Positions 10,002 through 18,986 of a stretch of DNA of 64,000 bases are shown here, piece by piece. Source of the DNA: Synechococcus sp. Lineage in GTDB: Bacteria > Cyanobacteriota > Cyanobacteriia > PCC-6307 > Cyanobiaceae. The translations under genes and the position numbers were made by a program. The stretch lies in the NCBI GenBank assembly GCA_047284725.1, contig JBJBEO010000001.1, forward strand, positions 2,136,203 to 2,200,202, read 5' to 3'. The notes beneath the pieces are model-generated. The model ran no database searches. It saw only the letters and a program-made list of their open reading frames with translations, and had not been told where the DNA came from. How positions within the stretch are numbered: position 1 is the first letter of the stretch; every line of letters starts with the position of its first letter.

Positions 10002-10035
10002 GCCCCCCTTGCCAAGTGGCGAGGGGCACGGTTTT
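10002..10035 (+). terminator. Possible terminator hairpin
   Basis: CCCCTTGCCA pairs with TGGCGAGGGG just after the stop codon; short offset T run. Confidence 0.45.
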
Positions 10036-10247
10036 GTAGAGGCATCCAACGGATTGGATCGAAACGACCAGGTCTGATTGGTTGTCTCAGAGCACTACCC
10101 GTAGCAGAGATTCACTGCAGAAACACCAGAAATGGTGTATACAAGGGCTGGCAGGGCACCGGGTCGGGTGATGGGGATCGTCGGCTGCAAACCCTGCCTC
10201 TTTTTCTTTCAGCGACCAGCGACACCATCACCTGCTGAGTCGAGACG

Positions 10248-10589
10248 ATGACGCACCGTTATCAGGCCACGAGACTTCAGTTGAGCCTGGGTGATTGGTG
10301 GGGGGGACTGAACCGTTGGGCCACCAACCCCTGGCGCAGGGCGTCCCTCCTGGTGATTGCGGTTCTTTCCAGCTTTTTGATCGGCAGCTCAGTGGGATCG
10401 ATCGCTGGTGCGAGCGGATTGATGGATCCCGTCGCAGCACTGCTCACGGTGATGCTGTGGGAACTGCTGGTGCGGCTACGACGGCCTTGGCCCCAGCGGC
10501 CAGACATGAAGCTTGGCCTGCAACTCCTCGATATGGTTCGCATCGGCTTGATCTACGGCCTGCTGCTGGAGGGTTTCAAGATGCTGTAA
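10248..10589 (+). CDS. ycf20: Ycf20/DUF565 family membrane protein
   Basis: Q.TRL, NPWRR.SL and C-terminal GL.YGLLLEGFK motifs. Confidence 0.85.
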   Translation: MTHRYQATRLQLSLGDWWGGLNRWATNPWRRASLLVIAVLSSFLIGSSVGSIAGASGLMDPVAALLTVMLWELLVRLRRPWPQRPDMKLGLQLLDMVRIGLIYGLLLEGFKML

Positions 10590-10743
10590 GGCAGCCAAGG
10601 CACGCGCATCACGGCAGGACTGGAGTGCACGAAGCGCATTGAATCGAGCCTGAATCGGAATCAAATCGGCAGTTTCAAGCCAACGCGGCCACCACGAAAG
10701 AACGTCCATACCCTTCGAGTAGGGACCGTTGCGAGATGCAGCC

Positions 10744-12255
10744 ATGGCCGCAGAGCATTTCTTCCTTGAACTGGAGCCTCCGGAAGAGCATCTGCGTCAT
10801 GCCCCCCACGTGGTGATTGTGGGGGGAGGGTTCTCAGGGGTGCGGGCTTGCAAAGCTCTGGCCCACGCCAACGTGCGCATCACCCTGATCGACAAGCGCA
10901 ACTTCAACCTGTTTCAGCCACTCCTTTATCAGGTGGCCACAGGCCTGGTGTCACGAGGCGATGTCGCCACGCCGCTGCGGCAGCTGGTGGGAAAGCAACG
11001 CAATGTGCAGGTTCTGCTGGGGGAGGTGACGCAGGTGCATGCCGACAACCGGCAGATCGTGTTCAACGGCAAGGCCTACAGCTACGACCATCTCGTGCTG
11101 GCCACAGGCTCCGGCAGCACGTTCTTTGGGCATGAGCAATGGCGCACCTTCGCACCACCGATGAAGATTCTCGAGCATGCAGAGGAGATTCGTCGTCGGC
11201 TGCTGATGGCGATCGAACAGGCGGAACAATCTCCAGATCCAGCCGCACGAGAGTTTCTGCAGACCGTCGTGATCGTGGGCGGCGGCCCCACCGGCTGCGA
11301 AATGGCCGGTGCCGTGTCGGAACTGATGCGCAACGCCATGCGGCGTGACTTCAAACAATTGGATCCCGCCAAAACCAGGATTGTGTTGGTGGATCCAGGC
11401 GAACGCCTGTTGAAGGCCATGCCAGCAACGCTCTCCACCGCTGCCCAGGCCAGCCTGGAGAAGCTGGGGGTGGAAATGCAATTCAATGCCAGGGTGCAAA
11501 CGATGCAGCCAGGCGAAGTGACGATGAGTACCCCCGATGGTGACCGCCGCATCCAGGCCGCCACTGTGATCTGGACAGCGGGTGTGCGCCCTTCCCACCT
11601 GGGGAAACAGCTGGCGGAATCGATCGACTGCGAGCTGGATCGCGCCAACAGGGTGGTGGTGGAAGCGGATTTCACGATCAAGGGACATCCCGAAATCCGC
11701 GTGGTGGGGGATCTTTGCTGCTATCGCCACACCAGCAGCGGCGAACCTTTGCCGGGCATGGCTGGACCTGCCACCCAGGCCGGAGGTTTTGTGGGCAAAG
11801 ACATCGCTGCGCTTGTCAGCGGCAGCCGCCGCCCCAGGTTCAAGTGGTTCGACTTCGGCAGCATGGCTGTGCTCGACAGGGTGGATGCGGTCGCCGATCT
11901 ACGCGGACTCAAGTTCAGCGGCAGCGTTGGTTGGCTGCTCTGGGCCATGGCCCACCTGGCCTTCATGCCTGAGCGGGAGAGCCGCTGGAGCTTGCTGATG
12001 AAGTGGATGTTTGCCGTGATCTCACAAAAACGAGCCTCGATGCTGCTCACCGGGATGCCAAGTCAGCACATCGGACTCGATGCCCCCGATGCCCCCTTCC
12101 CCATGCAAACCGGATCCAGACCTTCGATCGCGGCGCCGGATGCTGCCCTGAAGGCAGCGATGGACTACTACTCGAATCAGATGTCAGGCCAAAGGGATCA
12201 GACCGAAGCACTGAGCGAAGGTTCTGCAGGTGATTCCACCGCTGCCATCAAATAA
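10744..12255 (+). CDS. Type II NADH dehydrogenase (FAD-dependent)
   Basis: [33 protein letters not shown] and IWTAGV motifs. Confidence 0.93.
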   Translation: MAAEHFFLELEPPEEHLRHAPHVVIVGGGFSGVRACKALAHANVRITLIDKRNFNLFQPLLYQVATGLVSRGDVATPLRQLVGKQRNVQVLLGEVTQVHADNRQIVFNGKAYSYDHLVLATGSGSTFFGHEQWRTFAPPMKILEHAEEIRRRLLMAIEQAEQSPDPAAREFLQTVVIVGGGPTGCEMAGAVSELMRNAMRRDFKQLDPAKTRIVLVDPGERLLKAMPATLSTAAQASLEKLGVEMQFNARVQTMQPGEVTMSTPDGDRRIQAATVIWTAGVRPSHLGKQLAESIDCELDRANRVVVEADFTIKGHPEIRVVGDLCCYRHTSSGEPLPGMAGPATQAGGFVGKDIAALVSGSRRPRFKWFDFGSMAVLDRVDAVADLRGLKFSGSVGWLLWAMAHLAFMPERESRWSLLMKWMFAVISQKRASMLLTGMPSQHIGLDAPDAPFPMQTGSRPSIAAPDAALKAAMDYYSNQMSGQRDQTEALSEGSAGDSTAAIK

Positions 12256-13244
12256 AGCAGGGCCATGCGCACCGGCACGCCGTTGCGCACCTGCTCCTCC
12301 ACCAAACAGCAGGCGGTGTCATCCAACAAGGCACCGCTCATCTCCACACCACGGTTCACCGGACCGGGATGCAACACCGGCACCAGGCCTCGACAACGCT
12401 GAAGCCGCTGATGGCTGAGCCCGAAATCGCGGTGATAGCGAGCGAGATCGGTAAGCAGGTGCTGGCTCATGCGCTCCTTCTGCAAACGGAGTGTCATCAC
12501 CGCATCGACATCTCCAAGAGCATCATCCAGGTCACGGACGACGCTGACGCGACCACGACAGGAGACAGGATCCGACATCTGGCCCGGCGGAGGCGCCTGC
12601 ACAAAGGCCGCAAATGCGTCTGGCACCAAACTCGGAGGCCCACAGAGCACAACATCCACGCCGCAGGCGGTGAGAGCCCAGAGGTTGGAGCGAGCCACAC
12701 GGGAATGGAGGATGTCGCCCACGATCAGCAACCGCTTGCCCTGCAGGGCATCGATCGAAGCGTGCTCAGGGTCGAAATAGCGCACCAGGGTGTAGAGGTC
12801 CAGCAACCCCTGACTGGGGTGGCTGTGCAAGCCATCACCTCCATTGAGCACCATGGTGCGTTCGCCGGAGGCCTCGAGGGCTTCCGCTAATTGCTGGGGA
12901 ACACTGGTGTTCTGGTGCCGCACCACCAACATGTCGGCCCCCATGGCGACGTAGGTGCGTGCGGTATCCAGAAGAGATTCCCCCTTGCTCAGGGAGCTGC
13001 TGCCAGGCGAAAAACTCTGAACATCAGCCGACAACCGTTTGGCCGCCAACTCAAAACTGCTGCGGGTACGGGTGCTGGGCTCAAAAAACAAGGTGGCGAC
13101 AAGCCGCCCTTGCAGCGCCGGCAATTTGCGAGCACCGGTGAGGGGCATCGAGCCGAAGCGATGGGCCAACTCCAGCACCATCGCGTAATCGTCGCGGGAA
13201 AAGCTGGCCAGATCGAGGATGTGGCGATGGCTCCAGGTGCTCAT
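12198..13244 (-). CDS. pyrB: Aspartate carbamoyltransferase catalytic subunit
   Basis: [21 protein letters not shown] and [10 protein letters not shown] motifs. Confidence 0.97.
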   Translation of the reverse strand: MSTWSHRHILDLASFSRDDYAMVLELAHRFGSMPLTGARKLPALQGRLVATLFFEPSTRTRSSFELAAKRLSADVQSFSPGSSSLSKGESLLDTARTYVAMGADMLVVRHQNTSVPQQLAEALEASGERTMVLNGGDGLHSHPSQGLLDLYTLVRYFDPEHASIDALQGKRLLIVGDILHSRVARSNLWALTACGVDVVLCGPPSLVPDAFAAFVQAPPPGQMSDPVSCRGRVSVVRDLDDALGDVDAVMTLRLQKERMSQHLLTDLARYHRDFGLSHQRLQRCRGLVPVLHPGPVNRGVEMSGALLDDTACCLVEEQVRNGVPVRMALLYLMAAVESPAEPSLSASV

Positions 13245-13864
13245 GGCAGCTCACCTCCATCCGGGCTCCAGCAGCCGTCGCGCGCTGGGAGGCGATCTCC
13301 TTTGGCCCGCTTGCTGACGCTACGGCTGGCCTGGAGATACCAACGCCAGGGCAGCTCCTGGCCCTGCGTAATTCCGATCCGAGTGGTGGTCACAAGCGCG
13401 GGTTGCTCGAGGGCAGCTGGCCGCGGCGCCAGCCACAACTCATTCTCACCACACACGGAAGCTCTGTCATGGAGGCGGTCAATCCCAAAACGTCGGGCCA
13501 GCAATCCGGGGCCAGCCGCCACACGCTCGGACTCACCTGACAAGGCAGCAGCCCGGAGCAGCACACCATTGGCCCAATCAGCCTTGTGGGTGACCACATT
13601 CACGCAGTGGTGAATGCCGTAGCTCACATACACATAAAACCGCCCTGGCTCACCAAACAGGGTTTCGTTCTGCGGTGAACGGCGGCGATAGCCGTGGCAC
13701 GCGGGGTCATCCTGCGAATACGCCTCCGTTTCCACAATCACGCCCCAAAGCAGGCTGCCGTCTGTTTGGCGTTTCACCAACCTGCAGCCAATCAACTCAG
13801 GGGCAACGACCTCTGCAGGGCGGCAGAAGAAGGCGTGGGGCAGCGATTGGAGGCTTCCCAACAT
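13241..13864 (-). CDS. mpg: DNA-3-methyladenine glycosylase (MPG/AAG family)
   Basis: [24 protein letters not shown] and TTRIGI motifs; start uncertain. Confidence 0.92.
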   Translation of the reverse strand: MLGSLQSLPHAFFCRPAEVVAPELIGCRLVKRQTDGSLLWGVIVETEAYSQDDPACHGYRRRSPQNETLFGEPGRFYVYVSYGIHHCVNVVTHKADWANGVLLRAAALSGESERVAAGPGLLARRFGIDRLHDRASVCGENELWLAPRPAALEQPALVTTTRIGITQGQELPWRWYLQASRSVSKRAKGDRLPARDGCWSPDGGELP

Positions 13865-14155
13865 CGATGGAGCAAGCCACGGAGGAGTCAACAATCTCGC
13901 GGAGCCAATCAAACCCTGTTGACACAAACACTCCCAACGCGGGCCATGGGACTCCACCGAGAAAAGCGCTGACATCCATTTTCTCGAACAGGAACAGTGC
14001 TTTCTTGATGGGAAAGCGCTCAGGCATTGTTTCTCCCTTCAGTTCGCCTCCGGTCGCGTGGAGTTCTGGCCCAGGCTGCTGACCCTCGGCCGGCAGCCTG
14101 GGAAACGACACCGATACGCACAATCTGCTTGGCTGGACGTGGCTGGTTCACCACC

Positions 14156-14947
14156 ATGCTGCGGCAACTCCCCCCTCCTCTGAAACGGCAACTGCGGCGG
14201 GCAGGTTGCCAAGCGATGGCCCATTGGCGCCGCTACCCCAGCAAGCGGCAGCTCAGACAGTGGCAGCTGGATACGAAGACTGCAGAAGCCTTCACGGCCC
14301 ACGCTGGCCTGTGGCAAAGCATCAGCACACCTGTTCCTCAACGAGGCGATGCCACCATCTGCGCCAATCGGCGCCACAACCTGCAACTGGCCATCAGCGC
14401 TCTCAACAACCGGCTGATCCTTCCAGGCACCAGCTTCAGCCTCTCCCAGCAGCTCGGCGAACCAACGGAATCTGCTGGCTACCGCGCTGGACCGGTGTTC
14501 GTTCGAGGCGAAGTGCTCAGAGACACAGGCGGAGGCCTTTGCCTGATTGCGACCAACCTCTATCAACTCTTTCTTCACGCAGGCTGTCGCATCCTTGAGC
14601 GCCACAATCACAGCATCGATGCCTACGGCGAAGAGCGCTTCTACCCCCTTGGGGAAGACGCCGCCATCTCCTACACCACCAAGGACATGGCGATCCGCAA
14701 TTCCTTTCGCCAACCGATGCTGCTCCGCATCAGCTTGTTGGAGCATGCAGTGCGCAGCGAACTGCTCGGACCGGGCAGTCGGCCTTTGCAGACCTTCATT
14801 GAGTCGACCGTGCTGGAACGGCTCATGCCATCAACGACACAACACCTTTCTGGCTGGCATGTGAGCACCAGTCGTTTCATCCAGCAACCATCGCAGACCA
14901 GATGGCGGCAGGACTACCAATCCTTCAGTCACTATCAACCCTGCTGA
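14156..14947 (+). CDS. VanW family protein
   Basis: R.HNL.LA...LN..LI.PG..FS, GGGLC..AT.LY, ERHNHS and G.DAAI motifs. Confidence 0.85.
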   Translation: MLRQLPPPLKRQLRRAGCQAMAHWRRYPSKRQLRQWQLDTKTAEAFTAHAGLWQSISTPVPQRGDATICANRRHNLQLAISALNNRLILPGTSFSLSQQLGEPTESAGYRAGPVFVRGEVLRDTGGGLCLIATNLYQLFLHAGCRILERHNHSIDAYGEERFYPLGEDAAISYTTKDMAIRNSFRQPMLLRISLLEHAVRSELLGPGSRPLQTFIESTVLERLMPSTTQHLSGWHVSTSRFIQQPSQTRWRQDYQSFSHYQPC

Positions 14948-14971
14948 GCCAGCCACGGATCGGAGTCGACG

Positions 14972-15694
14972 ATGCCTGCAGCCCAGACACCCAGTCACAT
15001 TCAGGCACGGCGCGACCTGGCCTTCCTTGTGTTGGCGGGGTTGTTTCTCGGCACTTTGGGGATGCTCAACATCCTTGGCCTGACGCGCTTTCTGCAACTC
15101 GGGAGCATCGGCTCCTGGCCGATAGTGGTCGCTGTCGGTGCCCTTCCCTATCCGATCACGTTTCTCTGCACAGACCTGATCAGCGAACTCTGGGGGGAGG
15201 AACGGGCGACCCAGGTTGTGTGGGTAGGGCTGCTGCTGAATGGCTGGGTGGTGCTGATTCTCTGGCTCGGGGGCCTGATGCCGGGCCTGAGTGGTGCTCC
15301 GGATTCCACCTTTTTTGAGATCCAACGGCTCGCCTTTGGGTCGGTGGGTGCCTCCATGGCGGCCTACCTCACTGCCCAGTTTGTGGATGTCAGGCTCTTC
15401 CATTTCTGGAAACAACGCACCGACGGTCAGGCGCTGTGGCTGCGCAACAACGGCTCCACCTTGGTGAGCCAACTGGTCGACACCAGTGCGGTGGTGCTGA
15501 TCAGCCATTACGCCGCCCATGTGCTGCCGGTCCGCGCCGACGAGCCCGTGTTGCCCCAACTGGGGGCCTTCATCGCCAGCGGTTATCTGTTCAAAGCACT
15601 GGCCGCCCTAGCCGACACCCTGCCGTTCATTTGGCTCACTGCCTGGCTGAGGCGCTACCTGGAGGTGCCAGGCGAGGGCGCCGAGATCGGCTGA
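14972..15694 (+). CDS. Queuosine precursor transporter (YhhQ/VUT family)
   Basis: YPITFLCTDLISE.WG, AS..AYL.AQFVDV and LWLRNNGST.VSQLVDT motifs. Confidence 0.9.
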   Translation: MPAAQTPSHIQARRDLAFLVLAGLFLGTLGMLNILGLTRFLQLGSIGSWPIVVAVGALPYPITFLCTDLISELWGEERATQVVWVGLLLNGWVVLILWLGGLMPGLSGAPDSTFFEIQRLAFGSVGASMAAYLTAQFVDVRLFHFWKQRTDGQALWLRNNGSTLVSQLVDTSAVVLISHYAAHVLPVRADEPVLPQLGAFIASGYLFKALAALADTLPFIWLTAWLRRYLEVPGEGAEIG

Positions 15695-15802
15695 TCGCAA
15701 CGTCCAGTCGCCACGCAGCAGCACGAACAGTGACGATCAGCCGACCAAGTCGGGCTAAACGCTCCTGCCTTGGCAAGCTTGATGCCATCAGCCCTTCATT
15801 CC

Positions 15803-15946
15803 ATGGACGCCGCCCTCTCCGGCTTCAATCTCGGCACCGTGCTGCTGTTCGGCTGCGGCCTGTTTGTGCTGGCCACCCTCTATTTCGGAACACGGGGCGG
15901 TTACTACAACACCGACAACTACGACGGCAACGGCACCGCCCACTGA
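15803..15946 (+). CDS. ndhP: NDH-1L complex small subunit NdhP, 47 aa
   Basis: Manual translation MDAALSGFNLGTVLLFGCGLFVLATLYFGTRGGYYNTDNYDGNGTAH: one TM segment plus the characteristic FGT..G.Y.TD.Y.GNG.AH tail. Confidence 0.9.
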   Translation: MDAALSGFNLGTVLLFGCGLFVLATLYFGTRGGYYNTDNYDGNGTAH

Positions 15947-15997
15947 TCCGCAGCCCGACCAAAGCTGAGCGATCATCAAGACAACGACTCGCTCGGC

Positions 15998-16786
15998 ATG
16001 CCCTCAACCCTGCCCGGAGCTGCTGCAAGCACCGATGCCATACGCCTCGCCCTGCGCAGCTGGCCTGAGGTGGATGACTACCTTGAGCAATGCAAAGGCG
16101 TGATCATTCCGCTTGGCTCCACCGAACAACATGGCCCCACCGGGGCCATCGGCACCGATGCCATCACCGCAGAAGCCGTGGCCCTCGAGCTCGGCCGTCA
16201 AAGTGGCGTGCTGGTGACGCCTGCCCAGGCCTTCGGTATGGCCGAACATCATCTCGGTTTCGCCGGCACCATGAGTCTGCAGCCGAGCACGCTGCTGGCA
16301 GTGCTGCATGATCTGGTTCTGTCCCTGGCCACCCATGGTTTCGAGCGGATCTTTGTGGTGAACGGCCATGGCGGCAACATCGCCACCACCAAAGCCGCCT
16401 TCGCTCAGGCCTATGGCACTGCCAGCAGCCGCGGACTGGCCGTTGCTCCGCAGCTGCGCTGCAGATTGTCAAACTGGTTCATGGCGGGGCCAGTGATGAA
16501 GCAGGCCCGCGAGCTATACGGCGACCGCGAAGGCCAGCATGCCACCCCCAGCGAGATCGCTCTCACCCTGCATTTGCACGGGTGCTTGGTCGAGAAGCAG
16601 CGCCCACTGCCAGAGCCAGCTCCATGCGGTGCCATCCATGGCCCGGCGGATTTCCGGCGCCGCCATCCTGATGGCCGCATGGGCTCCGATCCCTTTCTCG
16701 CCAAAGCGGAACACGGAGCTCAGTTCCTCAGCATGGCGGCGTCGGCGTTGCGCGATGATCTGGCAACGTTCCTCGCCGCCGCATGA
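15998..16786 (+). CDS. Creatininase family amidohydrolase
   Basis: [20 protein letters not shown] and VNGHGGN motifs. Confidence 0.92.
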   Translation: MPSTLPGAAASTDAIRLALRSWPEVDDYLEQCKGVIIPLGSTEQHGPTGAIGTDAITAEAVALELGRQSGVLVTPAQAFGMAEHHLGFAGTMSLQPSTLLAVLHDLVLSLATHGFERIFVVNGHGGNIATTKAAFAQAYGTASSRGLAVAPQLRCRLSNWFMAGPVMKQARELYGDREGQHATPSEIALTLHLHGCLVEKQRPLPEPAPCGAIHGPADFRRRHPDGRMGSDPFLAKAEHGAQFLSMAASALRDDLATFLAAA

Positions 16787-17076
16787 GCAAGATCAACGCC
16801 GACGACGTGCGCAAGGTGGCCAAGCTGGCCCGCCTCGACCTGCAGGAAGACACCATTGCCACTTACACAGGCCAGCTGGAAAGGATTCTGGATTACGTCG
16901 ATCAGCTGCAAGCGGTCGACACTGAAGGCGTGCCTCCCACCACCCGTGCCGTCGAAGTGGTGAACGTCACTCGCGCCGACACGGTGGTGCCAACCGACGT
17001 GCGTGAAGACCTGCTCGATCAAGCACCTCAGCGGGAGGGCGACTTCTTCCGTGTTCCCAAAATCATGGCCGAATGA
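16783..17076 (+). CDS. gatC: Asp/Glu-tRNA amidotransferase subunit C
   Basis: [10 protein letters not shown]...FFRVPKI pattern. Confidence 0.95.
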   Translation: MSKINADDVRKVAKLARLDLQEDTIATYTGQLERILDYVDQLQAVDTEGVPPTTRAVEVVNVTRADTVVPTDVREDLLDQAPQREGDFFRVPKIMAE

Positions 17077-17132
17077 ACCAGACGCACGACCAGGCCACCT
17101 TTCCATCGCAGCATTGCGATGGAAAGGTGTGT

Positions 17133-18155
17133 TCAGTGAGGTCGACGCCTTGGGGTCACGGCTGTGCGCTGAAGCAATCCCATCCAGCCCCGACGCATGC
17201 GAGCGCTCGGCATCACACGCGCCAAGCGGCGCATCTTGCTTCCGTGGGGCTTGTGGCTGCGAACCCCCAGGAAGATGTCGTAGAGAAAATTGACCAGATC
17301 TGAGCCGGTCTCAAACAGCCCCAGTCGCTGTGGTGAGCCTTTGGCATCAAGCAACGGTTTGGTGGCTTCATAGGCGGGTTTGTACTCAAACCACGGAATC
17401 GAAGGCCAGAGGTGATGAACGAGGTGGTAGTTCTGCCCCATGATCAACCAATTCATGGTGCGCCCTGGATAAATGCGGGCGTTCTGCCAGCGATTGCGTG
17501 ACAGAAACGGTCGGTGCGGCAGGTAATCGAAGAACAGGCCAAGGGTGACCCCCACCATCAGGGCCGGAGCGAACCAGCAGTTGAAAATGAAAGGCAGGAA
17601 ATCGAAACGCACAGCCGCCACCACCACGGTGACGAACAGAGCGCGTTCCAACCCCCACTGCAGCAGCTCCCAGCGCTTCCAGAGCTTCCGCCGGAAGAAA
17701 AAGAACTCGTGATAGAAAAACCGAGGAGCGATCAACCACAGCGGACCGAAGGTGCTCACGATGTGGTCGGGATCGTTCTTCGGATCATTCACGTGGGAAT
17801 GATGCTGCAGGTGCACCCTGGTAAACACGGGAAAACTGAAGCCCAGCAGGAGCGCGGAGCCATGACCCATGGCTTGGTTGATCCAGGGAACGGGATGGGC
17901 TGCCTTGTGGCACGCGTCGTGCACAACCGTGCCCTCCAGATGCAGAGCCAGAAAACCAGTAGCCAGGAGCACTCGCAGATCCCAACCGCCCACAAACCAG
18001 CCCCAGATCGTGATCACCGCCAGGGCATAGCCGCCCAAAAACAACCCCACCGTGGGATTCCAGGGGCTTGGGGGATCAAGAAACTCCTTCGGAACGGAAC
18101 GCAACCGCTGTCCTGCGGAAGGGGCAGTGACGGCAGCAGCGGGTGCAGAGGTCAT
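17133..18155 (-). CDS. crtR: Beta-carotene hydroxylase (fatty-acid-desaturase-like)
   Basis: His boxes HDACH, HLQHH and HLVHH, plus FFDYLPHRPF; start placed at ATG 18155, downstream of tRNA-Leu. Confidence 0.92.
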   Translation of the reverse strand: MTSAPAAAVTAPSAGQRLRSVPKEFLDPPSPWNPTVGLFLGGYALAVITIWGWFVGGWDLRVLLATGFLALHLEGTVVHDACHKAAHPVPWINQAMGHGSALLLGFSFPVFTRVHLQHHSHVNDPKNDPDHIVSTFGPLWLIAPRFFYHEFFFFRRKLWKRWELLQWGLERALFVTVVVAAVRFDFLPFIFNCWFAPALMVGVTLGLFFDYLPHRPFLSRNRWQNARIYPGRTMNWLIMGQNYHLVHHLWPSIPWFEYKPAYEATKPLLDAKGSPQRLGLFETGSDLVNFLYDIFLGVRSHKPHGSKMRRLARVMPSARMRRGWMGLLQRTAVTPRRRPH

Positions 18156-18211
18156 CGGAAGACGCAGCCTTCTCAACATGTCACAGGCACTTGACCCTAG
18201 TGAAAGTGCTA

Positions 18212-18293
18212 TGCCCACCGGGGGACTTGAACCCCCACGACCGAAGCCACTGGTACCTAAAACCAGCGCGTCTACCAATTCCGCCAGGTGGGC
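18212..18293 (-). tRNA. tRNA-Leu (anticodon TAG)
   Basis: GCCCACC/GGTGGGC acceptor, anticodon arm CTGGT-TTTAGGT-ACCAG, long variable arm, T-loop GTTCAAG. Confidence 0.96.
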
Positions 18294-18348
18294 AGAAGCA
18301 AGACTTTAGGCATTTGCCCAGAATGAAGGGACCCTGGCGACCGCTTGC

Positions 18349-18960
18349 ATGCTGGCAACCCTCACCGGAGATCTCTGCCTGCTGGTGGGCTTGGCGGTGC
18401 TGCTCCTTCCCCTCCTGGCCACTGAACTGAGTCGTCCCCGTGATGGGGTCTGGGGTGCGGTGGTGCTGCTGTTAGGTCTGGTGCTGGTCACCAGCAACGA
18501 CAGACTACGCGGCGCCCCGATGCTTGCCGTCGCCTGTGGTGCCCTTGTCATTGGGCGTCTCGGCAGTGAAGTCGCCCAGGCGCGCTGGCAACAGCTCAGC
18601 CTCGACGAACAGCAACGACTGGGCTCCCGTGAGCGCTGGACCAGCAGCCTGCAACAACTGATCACAGCCTTGGCCAGCCTGAGCAGCAGTACCGGCAGCG
18701 TGATGGCCAGCTTGAAAGCTCCGGCCCAGACCCCACCTGTCAGGGAAGGCGCGAGCCGATCCGGCAAACGCTGGGTCAGGCCCGAAGCACCTGCAATCCC
18801 AACACGATCCGAGGCAGAGCCAGCAGAGGGACCAGCTGCAGAGTCCACCCCTGCAGAGACAGCTGAAGCGCCCCTGCAGCAGCCAATGTCACCATCCCGC
18901 GAACCCCAAGCGACTGACAATCCGGATACTGCTCCTCCGACAGGCACCGGCCAGGACTGA
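18349..18960 (+). CDS. ycf66: Ycf66 family membrane protein
   Basis: N-terminal TM segments with ELSRPRD motif; Pro/Ala-rich tail. Confidence 0.8.
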   Translation: MLATLTGDLCLLVGLAVLLLPLLATELSRPRDGVWGAVVLLLGLVLVTSNDRLRGAPMLAVACGALVIGRLGSEVAQARWQQLSLDEQQRLGSRERWTSSLQQLITALASLSSSTGSVMASLKAPAQTPPVREGASRSGKRWVRPEAPAIPTRSEAEPAEGPAAESTPAETAEAPLQQPMSPSREPQATDNPDTAPPTGTGQD

Positions 18961-18986
18961 TAATCCCGGTTGCTGCAGCGCCACCT

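Noticed and set aside
14948..14971. preQ1 riboswitch upstream of the YhhQ-type transporter
   Set aside because: Only 24 nt separate it from vanW, and no preQ1 aptamer pattern with an A-rich tail is visible.
18156..18278. N-terminal extension of crtR as given in the ORF track
   Set aside because: It reads through tRNA-Leu and is an artefact of longest-ORF calling. Similar over-extensions affect sat, psbH, murJ, sfsA and the MraY-family gene.
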